Shown here: positions 30,590-40,470 of the stretch, piece by piece
How positions within the stretch are numbered: the first letter of the stretch is position 1
Layout: the number at the start of each line of letters is the position of its first letter
Assembly (NCBI GenBank): GCA_963793865.1
Contig: CAWCBP010000003.1
Coordinates: forward strand, 1-52,493
Reading direction: 5' to 3'
Origin: an uncultured delta proteobacterium
GTDB lineage: Bacteria > Desulfobacterota > WTBG01
DNA: 52,493 bases
The notes under the pieces: generated by a model
The model's database searches: none
What the model saw: the letters and a program-made list of their open reading frames with translations, nothing else
Told to the model about the DNA's origin: nothing
Made by a program: the position numbers and the translations under genes

Positions 30590-31915
30590 TTAAGCGGTCT
30601 GGGCCTGTGCTACGGGCTCTGCCTTTTCCTCAATCGCCATGACCACCAGCTCGGTGATGTCCCTCATGGTAAGCTTTGAGTCAAGCGCCTGAATGCCCAC
30701 CTGCAGACCCTGGTAGCAGAAGGGGCAGGCTGAAACCAGCTCGGTGGCACCGGTTGCCTCGGCCTCCCTGATGCGGGTCTGGGAGATTTTGTTTTGAATG
30801 TCGGGATATCCCGATTTCAGTCCGCCGCCGGCACCGCAGCAGCGGGAGTTCTTTCCGTGCCGCTCCATCTCGATCAGCTCGATGCCGGGAATCATCTTCA
30901 ACAGCTTCCGGGGGGCGTCGTAGACACCGCTGTGCCTTCCCAGGTGGCAGGGATCATGGTAGGTTACTTTCAGATTGACCGGCCTGGTAAGCTTCAATTG
31001 CCCTGACTCGATGAGTTCAATAATATATTCCAGGGTGTGCTTCACATCAAAGTTGAGCTTTCCAACCTTGGGATAGTCGTGCTTGAAGGTTTTAAAGCAG
31101 CCGGCACAGGAGGTAACCATGGTTTTAAAGCCAAGCTCATTAAACTGCTTGATATTCTCCTGCGCGATGCGTTCATATTCCTTATCCCCCATCCTGAGGA
31201 GCACGCTGCCGCAGCATTTCTCCTTTATCCCCAGGATGCCGAAGTCGACCCCCGCCGCCTGCAAAATGTTGGTGGTGTTGATGGCCACCGGCTCCACATT
31301 GACGTCGTAAGAACCGGTGCACCCCACGAAGTAGAGGATATCAGACTTTTGCCGGGTGATGTCTTTCGGCTCCTCGGCGATCTTCTTCTGGCGCTTTGCC
31401 CCCTTGGCCCATCGGGAGCGGGAGCTCCTGGGCTGTCCCCAGGGGTTGTCGTAGGACTTGACACTCTGGATGAGGTTTTTCTGCGATTCGAGCGGGCCGC
31501 ACCCGGCGTTAACCACCGCCCGGCGTATGCTTTCCCAGAGCTCGACGGTGTCAATTTTTACCGGGCACACCTCGTAGCACTGCCGGCAGGTGCTGCACTC
31601 GTACAGCTCTGAGACAAACTTATCAATCTGTTCCTTGCGGACCCCGGATTTCCCGAACAGCCTGGCCCACAGGCCGTGCTGCGCCTTGACGATGTCTTTA
31701 AATGCCCTGGCACGGCCCCGGGGGGTAATCCCCTCCTTTTTATCCTGCTCGTAGGCGGGGCAATAGAGCGAGCACTCTCCGCACCTGGTGCAGGCATCAA
31801 GCTCCATCAGCTGGCGCATGCTCAGGTTGTCGATGTTAATGGTGGGGGCGGCAGCCTCTTCCGGCCTGGTTTCCTGAGGCGTGGTCTCCTCCGGTTTAAT
31901 GTGTTGCTCCTCCAT
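30590..31915 (-). CDS. HdrD-like Fe-S protein (2x[4Fe-4S] plus two CCG domains)
   Basis: CTRCGECSLYCP, CSTCRQCYEVCP, KCCG, YHDPCHLGR, RCCGAGGG, ACPFC. Confidence 0.9.
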   Translation of the reverse strand: MEEQHIKPEETTPQETRPEEAAAPTINIDNLSMRQLMELDACTRCGECSLYCPAYEQDKKEGITPRGRARAFKDIVKAQHGLWARLFGKSGVRKEQIDKFVSELYECSTCRQCYEVCPVKIDTVELWESIRRAVVNAGCGPLESQKNLIQSVKSYDNPWGQPRSSRSRWAKGAKRQKKIAEEPKDITRQKSDILYFVGCTGSYDVNVEPVAINTTNILQAAGVDFGILGIKEKCCGSVLLRMGDKEYERIAQENIKQFNELGFKTMVTSCAGCFKTFKHDYPKVGKLNFDVKHTLEYIIELIESGQLKLTRPVNLKVTYHDPCHLGRHSGVYDAPRKLLKMIPGIELIEMERHGKNSRCCGAGGGLKSGYPDIQNKISQTRIREAEATGATELVSACPFCYQGLQVGIQALDSKLTMRDITELVVMAIEEKAEPVAQAQTA

Positions 31916-32678
31916 AGCTTTCTCCTAAGGGGGTTCTTTCAGATGCATCCAGTGCGATTTCAACCGGGCTCACAAACGCGTGCCAGGTTTTACTGAAGGG
32001 GATGAAGGCAAGAAATACCAGCGAGATCAGGGTGTGCACCCAGACCACCGAGATATAATCAACCATCAGCGAGGGCATTGATCTCAGCCACGATGCCAGC
32101 ATGCTGCCGACGAAGGAATAGCGCATGGAGGGATCAAGCGGTGCCGCGGCCAGGCGCTCCGCTTCGCTCAGGAAGCCGGTGAGGGCGATGGCGAAGAGGA
32201 AGATGAGCGCGGCATTGTCCATGAGAATGGTATCAAGCTGCACCGCCCTGACCACGTACCGTCTGGCGAAGGCAATGAGCAGGCCGATGAGCAGGATCAG
32301 TCCCCACAGGTCGCCCCAGACATCGAGAAAGGGTTTGCCGGGGCCGAGAAAAACATACTGGGCGAGCGACGAGTCCGCCGGGACCAGGTGACTCATGATG
32401 GCGAGCAAGGTGGTGTGGGCAAGCAGGCCCAGGAACCCCCAGAAGATGCAAATGTGCATGAACCATCGCACCGCGCTCTGCCTGAAAAGCTGGGCCTGAA
32501 AAAGCGCATCCAGGATGAGCGCCTTGATAATCGGGCCGGTGAGCAGGCGGTGGTGGAGGCTGGGGGCCTTCCCCTTTCTCCAGAGATAAATGTTGGCGTA
32601 GGTCCCGACAAAGAAAACAGCCAGGGTGAACACCGTCAGGATATACAGCAGGGCAGTGGCCTCAAAATACATGTGCAT
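31896..32678 (-). CDS. NarI/HdrE-like membrane cytochrome b
   Basis: About 5-6 TM helices; WFMHICIFWGF..AH, LTGFLSEA.R, WVHTL..PFSKTWH. Confidence 0.82.
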   Translation of the reverse strand: MHMYFEATALLYILTVFTLAVFFVGTYANIYLWRKGKAPSLHHRLLTGPIIKALILDALFQAQLFRQSAVRWFMHICIFWGFLGLLAHTTLLAIMSHLVPADSSLAQYVFLGPGKPFLDVWGDLWGLILLIGLLIAFARRYVVRAVQLDTILMDNAALIFLFAIALTGFLSEAERLAAAPLDPSMRYSFVGSMLASWLRSMPSLMVDYISVVWVHTLISLVFLAFIPFSKTWHAFVSPVEIALDASERTPLGESYGGATH

Positions 32679-33992
32679 TTAGATGTCTCCTCCATGTATG
32701 ATGCGGGATTTTCGCACATCACAATAGATGGTGAGAAAGGAAGCGGCGAGAACCTTTAAGCGCTCAAACAATTCCTCCGCCGAGGCAGGGTCATCCGTGC
32801 CTGATGCCGTGGACTGCTGTATACATCGCACAATGCGGGTGACCTCTTTCGCCAGGTCATAGATAGCATACAGCTCATGTTCATGTCCAGATTTTTGTGA
32901 TGCAAAGATGTCCCATCGCGACCACATGGCCTCAAGAAACAGGCTGATTTTTTCAGGCTCATAAATCTTGCGGCCGATCTGCCATTGCAGCGGCGTCCGC
33001 TCAAGCGCCAGCGCCGCGATCCTGGAGTTGCTCAGCTCTGACCGTATGTTCCGAAGCAGCCTGTCCCGTGCGCCCGCTGAACAGGTCTCCCCTTCCGGGC
33101 GGGTTGACGCTGCCGTGTCCCCCTGTTCCTTTCCGCTTCCGTAAAGCATCTCGGCGATAAGGGTATTGGCAGGGGGAAAGTGCGGGTGCTCAAGATGGGG
33201 CCCCGAGAGATACATGGTTCCCGCTCCTATGGATTTCGCGATGATTGCCGCCCTGCCCACCAGCGTGTCATGGGCGAGCTGCGGGTCGGTCAGGTACAGG
33301 GTTTGAGGCGTGAAGCCCCGGTACAGAGCCACCGTGCGCGCGTCCCCCGGGGTGAGGAAGGCCGGCCCTCCGTACAGCGGAGCGGTTACCTCGGTGTAGC
33401 GCTGAATCCGAAAGGGGAAATCAACGATGCGCATGGTCACCTCGTCACGAACCGGGTGGAACACATACCGGCAGCCGTAGGGTGTGCAGAATTTTTCCGG
33501 CAGCACGCCCGGCGTGGGGAGATTTCCGGCAAGGTTGCTGATCTTTGCCGAAACGTAATTGAACAAATTGAGCGGGGAGAGGGAGGAGTTGAGGGGCAGG
33601 TAGGCGCCCGCGCAGCTTCCGATGTAAATGCCTCCCCCGCTTAAAAAACGGGTGAGCTCCCGGGCGCCCGCTTCACCCAGGGCACCGGCGATGGCAAAGG
33701 TGTCACCTCCCGAGATGAGGAGGGCGTCATATCGGGAAAGGCCGCCGGCCTGGATCTCCCGCTCGTTTATGAATGCGATGTTTAAGAACGCCATGGCCTC
33801 CAGCATGTCCACAAACCAGAGCCAGGAATGGGAGGCGCCCGGGCCGCAGTAGATGCCGATGGCAGGGTAGGGAAGCGCCCCGGATGCGGCACTGCCGCCG
33901 GCGGAAATGCGCAGGAGGCTTTGTATGTTGGCGGAGTAATAGGGCCGGTAGGGACTGCCCTCTGCCGGTGTGTGCTTTGTGGGTGACGGCAT
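32679..33992 (-). CDS. BPL_N / class I glutamine amidotransferase-like protein
   Basis: YCGPGAS, ISGGD, GGIYIGSCAGAY nucleophile elbow, GPHLEHP. Confidence 0.75.
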   Translation of the reverse strand: MPSPTKHTPAEGSPYRPYYSANIQSLLRISAGGSAASGALPYPAIGIYCGPGASHSWLWFVDMLEAMAFLNIAFINEREIQAGGLSRYDALLISGGDTFAIAGALGEAGARELTRFLSGGGIYIGSCAGAYLPLNSSLSPLNLFNYVSAKISNLAGNLPTPGVLPEKFCTPYGCRYVFHPVRDEVTMRIVDFPFRIQRYTEVTAPLYGGPAFLTPGDARTVALYRGFTPQTLYLTDPQLAHDTLVGRAAIIAKSIGAGTMYLSGPHLEHPHFPPANTLIAEMLYGSGKEQGDTAASTRPEGETCSAGARDRLLRNIRSELSNSRIAALALERTPLQWQIGRKIYEPEKISLFLEAMWSRWDIFASQKSGHEHELYAIYDLAKEVTRIVRCIQQSTASGTDDPASAEELFERLKVLAASFLTIYCDVRKSRIIHGGDI

Positions 33993-34040
33993 AATCGTGC
34001 GGCAGGGATTACCTGAGATTCGGGGCGGAGCGCGCGGGCA

Positions 34041-34865
34041 TTAAAATTCCGGGAGGCTCTTCAAGGTGGCATAGGAAAATACCGGGCCGTCCTTGCAGAC
34101 GTAGATGTTGCCCACGTTGCAGCGGCCGCATTTTCCAATGCCGCACTTCATCCTGTTTTCCAGGGTGGTAAAAATGTTTTGCTCGGGGAATCCCAGCATG
34201 AGCAGGTTTTGAATGACATACTTGATCATCACCGAGGGCCCGCAGGTCACGGCAATGGTATTATTGGAGGGGGGCTTGATCTCCATGAGATGGGCGGGCA
34301 CGAAGCCCACAAAGCTGGTCCACTCCGTTTCCGGAACGTCAATGGAAAGATGCACCTTCACGTCTTTCGCGTCCTTCAGCCCGAAGAGCTCGTCCTTGTA
34401 GCAGAGATCGTTGGAGGTGCGGGCCCCGCAGATGACATCCAGCTGGCCGAAATCGCCGCGGTTGTCGCGCACATACTGCACCAGGGGTCTGAGAGGGGCA
34501 TGCCCGATGCCGCCCCCGATGGTGACGATGTTCTTTCCCTTCCAGGCCTCAAGGGGATAGCCGTTGCCGTACGGCCCCCTGATGGTAATCGCGTCCCCCG
34601 CCTCGCACTCGTGAAGGGCGGAGGTAACCTTGCCCAGCTTCATAATGCTGAATTCGAGGTGGGTTCCCCTGGAGCGTGAGGAGGCAATGGAAATCATGCT
34701 CTCGCCGACACCGAGCACTCCGATGATGGCGCATTGCCCGGGGCGGTGCTTGAAATCATGCCCGCCGGCAAGTTCAACCCGGAAGGTTTTAATGGGACGC
34801 TCCCCGGTTGCCTCATCTCTGACGCTTACAATGGTGGCGGTTTCAGGCAGGTAGGGGTTAGTCAT
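34041..34865 (-). CDS. flxA: FlxA/AsrB-like FAD/NAD-binding oxidoreductase
   Basis: RGPYGNG, GGGIG, CGP, MKCGIGKCGRC..VCKDGPVF. Confidence 0.85.
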   Translation of the reverse strand: MTNPYLPETATIVSVRDEATGERPIKTFRVELAGGHDFKHRPGQCAIIGVLGVGESMISIASSRSRGTHLEFSIMKLGKVTSALHECEAGDAITIRGPYGNGYPLEAWKGKNIVTIGGGIGHAPLRPLVQYVRDNRGDFGQLDVICGARTSNDLCYKDELFGLKDAKDVKVHLSIDVPETEWTSFVGFVPAHLMEIKPPSNNTIAVTCGPSVMIKYVIQNLLMLGFPEQNIFTTLENRMKCGIGKCGRCNVGNIYVCKDGPVFSYATLKSLPEF

Positions 34866-35885
34866 GCGCTGTCCTTAACGGCTGAAAGACATTGGAGCAG
34901 ATCGATGTTGACCGGGCAGAGGGAGGTGCAGCGTCCGCAGCCCACGCAGCTCAGGGCCCCGTAGTTGTCCACGTTGAATTTGAACTTGTGATAAATCCGG
35001 TTGCGGAAGCGGGAGGCCCTGTTGGGCCGGGGATTGTGCCCGGAGGCGTGCAGGGTGTACTCGGCGAACATGCAGGAGTCCCAGGTCCTGACGCGGCGGC
35101 CCTGCCTGGCGGAGGCTTCGTCCTGCATGTCGAAGCAATAGCAGGTGGGGCAGGTGTAGGTGCAGATGCCGCAGCCGATGCATTTGTCGGCAAACCCCTT
35201 CCAGAGGGGATGGTCAAACAGGGAGGCCAGCTTTTCGGGCACGCTGCTTATGTCCGCCTGCCGGGAAATCAGGCCGCGGGCGTTCCGCGCCCGCCGTTCG
35301 TTCTCCTGCCAGTCCTTTTCCGAGGCGGGCTTGAGCAGGGAAGTATCACTTGCATCAATTATACTCTGCCCCCGGCCGGTAATGACATCAATAAGGAACA
35401 GATCGTCGCCTTCGGTTATGCGCAGGTCGAGGCCGCCGGTGGAGAATGGGTCGCCGCCGATGGAGGTGCAGAAGCAGTTCGCGAACGGGGCGGTGCAGGC
35501 CATGCCGAACAGGATTGCCCTCCCCCTCCGGGTGAGGTAGTAGGGGTCGGGGAAGGTGTCTTCGAACACCGGATCAAGCAGCGACAAGGCTCCGGGCATC
35601 GCACGGCCGGATGCCGAATATGAGTGTCTCCGGCCCGGCGGTGAGATCCGCCTCCTTCGGCGCGCCTTCCCGGCCGAAGGTGAACAGGGTCTCCGTCTGG
35701 GGAAACACCGCCTTCTTGGCCGGCAGCGGCTGGTGCTGCAGATCGATCTCCACGGAATCGAGCCTGCCGGAAACAGGCTCGAAGCTGCAGCTTCCGTCCC
35801 TGGTCACCGGGGCCAATACCTGGAAGCCGACAAGGGAGGCCAGAAAGAGGTTCAGTTTTTCGCGAGGTAAAATATAGGATGCCAT
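34862..35885 (-). CDS. flxB: FlxB/AsrA-like 4Fe-4S dicluster protein (frameshift ~35580)
   Basis: FGIRPCDA, CFCTS, CIGCGICTYTCPTCYCF, RTWDSC, CVGCGRCTSLCP. Confidence 0.82.
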
Positions 35886-35897
35886 GGTGGTAAGTTC

Positions 35898-36878
35898 CTA
35901 GAGCACAAAATCATCCGGGTCTTCAATTTTAAAGGTGTTGAGCAGCGGCTGCGCCGCCGGATCCTTCCCCGCCTCGAAGTTGAAAATTTCCTTCACGTCC
36001 TTTTCCATTTTCCGGTTCAGCTTCATGAGCGGGATTGACGCGGGGCAGACCCGCTCGCACTCGCCGCAGCTGACGCACCTGCCGGCGAGGTGGAAGGCGC
36101 GGGTGAGGTGAAACATGAAATTTTCAGCGGTGTCAACCGAGCGCTTCACCCACTGGGGCCTGAGCTTGTCCAGAATGCAGCCGTCGCAGTAGCACATGGG
36201 GCAGGCATTTCTGCAGGCGTAGCAGCGGATGCAGCGGCTGAGCTGACCCTCCCAGAACGCCCGCTTCTCCGCCGGCGTTTTCCCCTCGAGAGATTGAATG
36301 TCATCGTAGCCCGGGGGGCTTCCCTTTCTTTTGTCGCCGACAAGCTTGTCAAAGATGAGCGGGGTGGGATACTGGCAGGTCCTGCAGGTGTCGGCCAGCA
36401 GCTCATCCCTGGGAACGGTGTGGGTTTGGCCGCCGACGCTGATGAGATAGGTATCGTTTTCCTCGGAGATCTCCGCACGTTCAAGCGTGCCGGGAAAACG
36501 CGCCTCGGCCTTCTTAAGGTCGATCACCCCGCTGCAGGGCACCCCGATAATGTAAAGCCGGTCGCGTGCAATTCCTCCCTCGGCCAGCAGCTGGTTTATG
36601 GCCCGTGAGTCGCACCCCCGGACCACAATGGCTGTTTTACCGGACTTGGCTTTTTTCTCGTCGGTGACCAGGGGCGGCTTGCCCTCGATGGTCAGGTAGT
36701 TGACCAGGCTCAGCGCGCAGAGCGGCGAGAAGATCAGGCGGTCCACATCCTCCTTGTCGGTGATGAATGCCGCGGAAACCCTGAACCCGTAGCTTCCCGC
36801 CTGGTAGCCGATGAGGCACTCAATTTCCTTGCGCCCCAGCGCCCGTTTCGCTTCGTCCCTCAGTTTTGCAATGTCCAT
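35898..36878 (-). CDS. flxC: FlxC-like 4Fe-4S dicluster protein
   Basis: RGCDSR, CIRCYACRNACPMCYC, HLAGRCVSCGECERVCP. Confidence 0.8.
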   Translation of the reverse strand: MDIAKLRDEAKRALGRKEIECLIGYQAGSYGFRVSAAFITDKEDVDRLIFSPLCALSLVNYLTIEGKPPLVTDEKKAKSGKTAIVVRGCDSRAINQLLAEGGIARDRLYIIGVPCSGVIDLKKAEARFPGTLERAEISEENDTYLISVGGQTHTVPRDELLADTCRTCQYPTPLIFDKLVGDKRKGSPPGYDDIQSLEGKTPAEKRAFWEGQLSRCIRCYACRNACPMCYCDGCILDKLRPQWVKRSVDTAENFMFHLTRAFHLAGRCVSCGECERVCPASIPLMKLNRKMEKDVKEIFNFEAGKDPAAQPLLNTFKIEDPDDFVL

Positions 36879-36883
36879 ATGGC

Positions 36884-37297
36884 CTAGCTCTCAAGCGGTT
36901 GCAGCGGTCCGAGCGCCGCAATGTCCCGGGTGACCTCGCTGATGACCTCGGCAAATTTTTTCCCCTCGGAGGCCGACACCCAGCTCATCCTGATGCGCCG
37001 GGGATCGATGCCCATGAACTCCAGGAGATTTTTCATGATCATGAATCGCCTGCGGGCAAGAAAATTCCCCTTCATGTAGTGGCACTCGCCGGGGTGGCAG
37101 CCGGAAATGAGGACGCCGTCGGCCCCCTTCTGCAGGGCCTGGGCAACAAAGAGCGGGTTCACCCGACCCGTGCACATGACCCTGATGACCTTTACCGTGG
37201 GAGGGTAGTGGGTGCGGGTGGTCCCGGTGAGGTCCGCCCCCGCGTAGGAGCACCAGTTGCAGAGAAATGCCACAATGTTGGGTTCAAATTCACTCAT
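36884..37297 (-). CDS. mvhD: MvhD/FlxD [2Fe-2S] subunit
   Basis: FLCNWCSYAGAD, MCTGRV, GCHPGECHY, WVSASEG. Confidence 0.92.
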   Translation of the reverse strand: MSEFEPNIVAFLCNWCSYAGADLTGTTRTHYPPTVKVIRVMCTGRVNPLFVAQALQKGADGVLISGCHPGECHYMKGNFLARRRFMIMKNLLEFMGIDPRRIRMSWVSASEGKKFAEVISEVTRDIAALGPLQPLES

Positions 37298-39283
37298 AGC
37301 GCTCACCAAAGGATGCTATCATCGAAAGCAGCTGTTCGTCGGTGAAGGATTTTTGCTGTATGGCCCCGGAAGGCATGCGGCCGCGCAGGCGCCGCAGCCT
37401 TTGCACAGCACCTCGTTGACCGCGGCCACATCGCGGGCTGTACCCGCCCCCTCGATGCGCTTCAGGCCGATGGCTTCGTAGGGACAGACCTCCATGCAGA
37501 ATCCGCATGCCCGGCACAGCTTTTCATCCACCTGTGCCACCTGTGCCTCGGTCTTCACCTTGCCCTGGGAGAGGGGGATGCAGGCCCGCGCCGCGGCGCC
37601 GCTGGCCTGGGCGACCGTGTCGGGGATGTCCTTGGGACCCTGGCAGCATCCTGCGAGGAAGATGCCGTCACTGCGCCGTGTCCACCGGGCCGCAGCTTGG
37701 GGTGGGCCTCCAAGCAGGAAGTCGTCCGGTGACTTGGAAAGCTTGAGCAGGTTGCTCACTCGCGGCGCTGCTCGCGCGGGCACCATGCCCACCGCCAGCA
37801 CCACCAGGTCCGCCTCAACTTCAAGCAGCCTGGCCCAGCAGCGTGTCCTCCGCCTTTACCACCAGCTTGTCGCCCTTTCTGTAGACCTCGCTGACATTGC
37901 CCCGGCGGTAGATAACTTCCTTCCTGCTTGACCCGGTCGTAGAACTCTTCAAAGCCCTTGCCGAAGGCCCTCACGTCAATATAGAAAACGGTGATCTTCG
38001 CGTCGGGAAGCTTTTCGTGCACGAGGTGCGCCTGCTTGGCCGTGTACATGCAGCAGACGCGGGAGCAGTATTCATTGCCCACGGTCTTGTCGCGCGAGCC
38101 CACGCACTGAATAAACACAACCTTCTTTCGGCTTTTTCCCGTTGATCGGGACTGGCCCGAGGTGGGGCCGGAGGCGGATGACGAGGCGCTCAAACTCCAG
38201 GCCGGTAATCACGTTTTCGTAGAGGCCGTAGCCCAGCTCCGGTTTGAGCGTTGGCGTCGAAGGGTCAAAGCCGGTGGCAACGATGATGGTGCCCACATCC
38301 ACCTCGATGAGCTGTTTCTTCCTGCATATCAAGGTTGATGGCGTTCAGGTCCTTGCAGACCTGCTCGCACTGCTTGCAGTCCTTCGCAGCGTGTAGCGGC
38401 AGTGCCGCGGGATCGATCACGTACTTGGCCGGGACTGGCCTGGGGAAAAGGGATATAGAGGCACTGCAGTTTGGACAGGCTCATGTTAAACAGGTCTGGC
38501 ATTTCAACCTGGCAGATGGCACGCAGCTGGCCGCACGACCGTTGCATTACAGATTCTCATCAATGTAGCGGGGCTTCTTCCTGACGGTGACCTTAAAATT
38601 ACCCACAAAGCCTTTAACTTCGGCGATTTCGCAGTAGGCCAGCAGCTCGATGTTGGGGTGGTTGTCCATATCCGCCATCTTCGGGGTAAGGATGCAGGCC
38701 GAGCAGTCCAGGGTGGGGAAGGTTTTATCCAGCTGCATCATGTGCCCGCCGATGTGGGCTCTTTTTCCACCAGGTAGACCTTGAACCCGCATGTCGGCGA
38801 TATCCAGGGCTGCCTGGATGCCGGCGATGCCGCCGCCGATGACCAGGGCCGAGGGCACCACGTCAACTTCTTTTTCCTCCAGCGGCTCCAGCAGGCTGGC
38901 CTTGGACCGCGGCTGCCAGCGAGGACGCTTTGGCTTTTCGGTGGCCTTCGTCCATGTCCTCGTGCACCCAGGCGCAGTGCTCGCGGATGTTGGCCATCTC
39001 CAGGCAGTAGGGATTCAGGCCGCGCTTTCCCCAGCGCCTTGCGGAAGGTGGGCTCGTGCATGCGCGGCGAGCAGGCGGCCACCACCACCCGGTTGAGGCC
39101 GAGCTCCTTGATGTCATTGCGGATCATCTCCTGGCCCGGCTCGGAGCACATGTACATGTAGTTCTTGGCCACGGCCACATGAGGAAGCGTTGCAGCAAAG
39201 CGCGCAAGCCGGCTCACGTCAACGGTTGATTTAATATTCACGCCGCAGTGGCAGATGTAAACGCCAACCCGTGTTTTTCCCAT
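37290..39283 (-). CDS. hdrA: Heterodisulfide reductase subunit A (many frameshifts)
   Basis: [60 protein letters not shown]-terminal ferredoxin. Confidence 0.93.
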
Positions 39284-39292
39284 ACGCTGCAG

Positions 39293-40426
39293 TTACTCCA
39301 TAACCTGTGCAACCAGCTCTACAATGTCGCGCACCTGGAGGCGGTCTTCAAGGTTCGCGCTTTTCACCGCGTCCTCCAGGGTAAGCAGGCAGAAGGGGCA
39401 CGCGGTCGCCAGTATTTCTGCGCCGGTGTCCAGGGCCTCCCGGACGCGGCTGGCAGCGGTGCGCTCCATGGTCTCATGTGCCTCGATCCACATCCGTCCG
39501 CCCCCGCCCTCGCAGCAGAGCGCCCGCTCCCGTATCCTGTCGATCTCCACGAATGTGAGCGAGGGGATGCTCTTCAGGATGTCGCGCGGCGCATCGAATA
39601 CCTGGTTCTGCCTTCCCAGGAAGCAGGGGTCATGATAGGTCACCTTCTTTTCCAGCTTTCCGGTAAAGCGCAGCTTTTTCTTTTTGATCAGCCCGGCGAG
39701 GGCTTCCGTGTAATGCTGCACCGGGATGTCCAGCCCCGGGTATTCGTTCTTAAAGGTGTTGTAGCAGTGGGGTGAAGTGGTGATGATCTCCTTGATGGGG
39801 AACTGCTTAAACAGGTCCATGTTCATTTCCCTGAGGGCGTCGAATGACCAGATATCCCCCAGGCGCCTGATTTCATTGCCGCAGCAGACTTCGTCATTGC
39901 CCAGGGTGCCGAAGTTGACCCCGGCGGCGCCGAGGGTTTTGGCCAGGGCCCGGGCAATCTTCTGCAGCCGGGGGTCAAAGGCCGGCGTGCAGCCCACGTA
40001 ATACAGGACCTCGGCATCGGCAATGCTTTTTATCTCCAGCCCCGCGGCCCACTCCGAGCGCTTCTCCTGGCCGATGTTCCAGGGGTTGCCGCGGATGGAG
40101 ATGGACTTTAAAACGTCGCGCACCTTGGGCGGAACCTGGCCGTCCTCGACCAGGACGCTGCGCACGCTCATGACCAGGTTCGCCGGATCCACCTTTTTGG
40201 GGCATCGCTGCACGCAGGTGGTGCAGGTGGAGCAGTCCCAGATCATTTCCGTGCGGTGCGCAATCTCCTCACCCGTGGAATTAAGCATGTCGTAGAGGAT
40301 GCGCCTGATGTTGAAGTGGGGGGATATGGTGGAGATGGGGCAGCTCCCGGTGCATTTGCCGCACTGGATGCAGGGAAAGAGCGTGTCCCTCAGGATGTAG
40401 GCAAGTCTTTCTGCTGTTTCTGACAT
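39293..40426 (-). CDS. HdrD-like Fe-S protein (ferredoxin plus CCG domains)
   Basis: CIQCGKCTGSCP, CSTCTTCVQRCP, VCCG, YHDPCFLGR, CCEGGGG, ACPFC. Confidence 0.9.
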   Translation of the reverse strand: MSETAERLAYILRDTLFPCIQCGKCTGSCPISTISPHFNIRRILYDMLNSTGEEIAHRTEMIWDCSTCTTCVQRCPKKVDPANLVMSVRSVLVEDGQVPPKVRDVLKSISIRGNPWNIGQEKRSEWAAGLEIKSIADAEVLYYVGCTPAFDPRLQKIARALAKTLGAAGVNFGTLGNDEVCCGNEIRRLGDIWSFDALREMNMDLFKQFPIKEIITTSPHCYNTFKNEYPGLDIPVQHYTEALAGLIKKKKLRFTGKLEKKVTYHDPCFLGRQNQVFDAPRDILKSIPSLTFVEIDRIRERALCCEGGGGRMWIEAHETMERTAASRVREALDTGAEILATACPFCLLTLEDAVKSANLEDRLQVRDIVELVAQVME

Positions 40427-40470
40427 GGGCGCTTAACGGATCACCCCGTGCAAACGGGGCGCGTGGTTAA

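Noticed and set aside
36884..39283. Selenocysteine or programmed frameshifting in hdrA/mvhD
   Set aside because: The usual Sec positions are Cys codons; breaks are scattered indels
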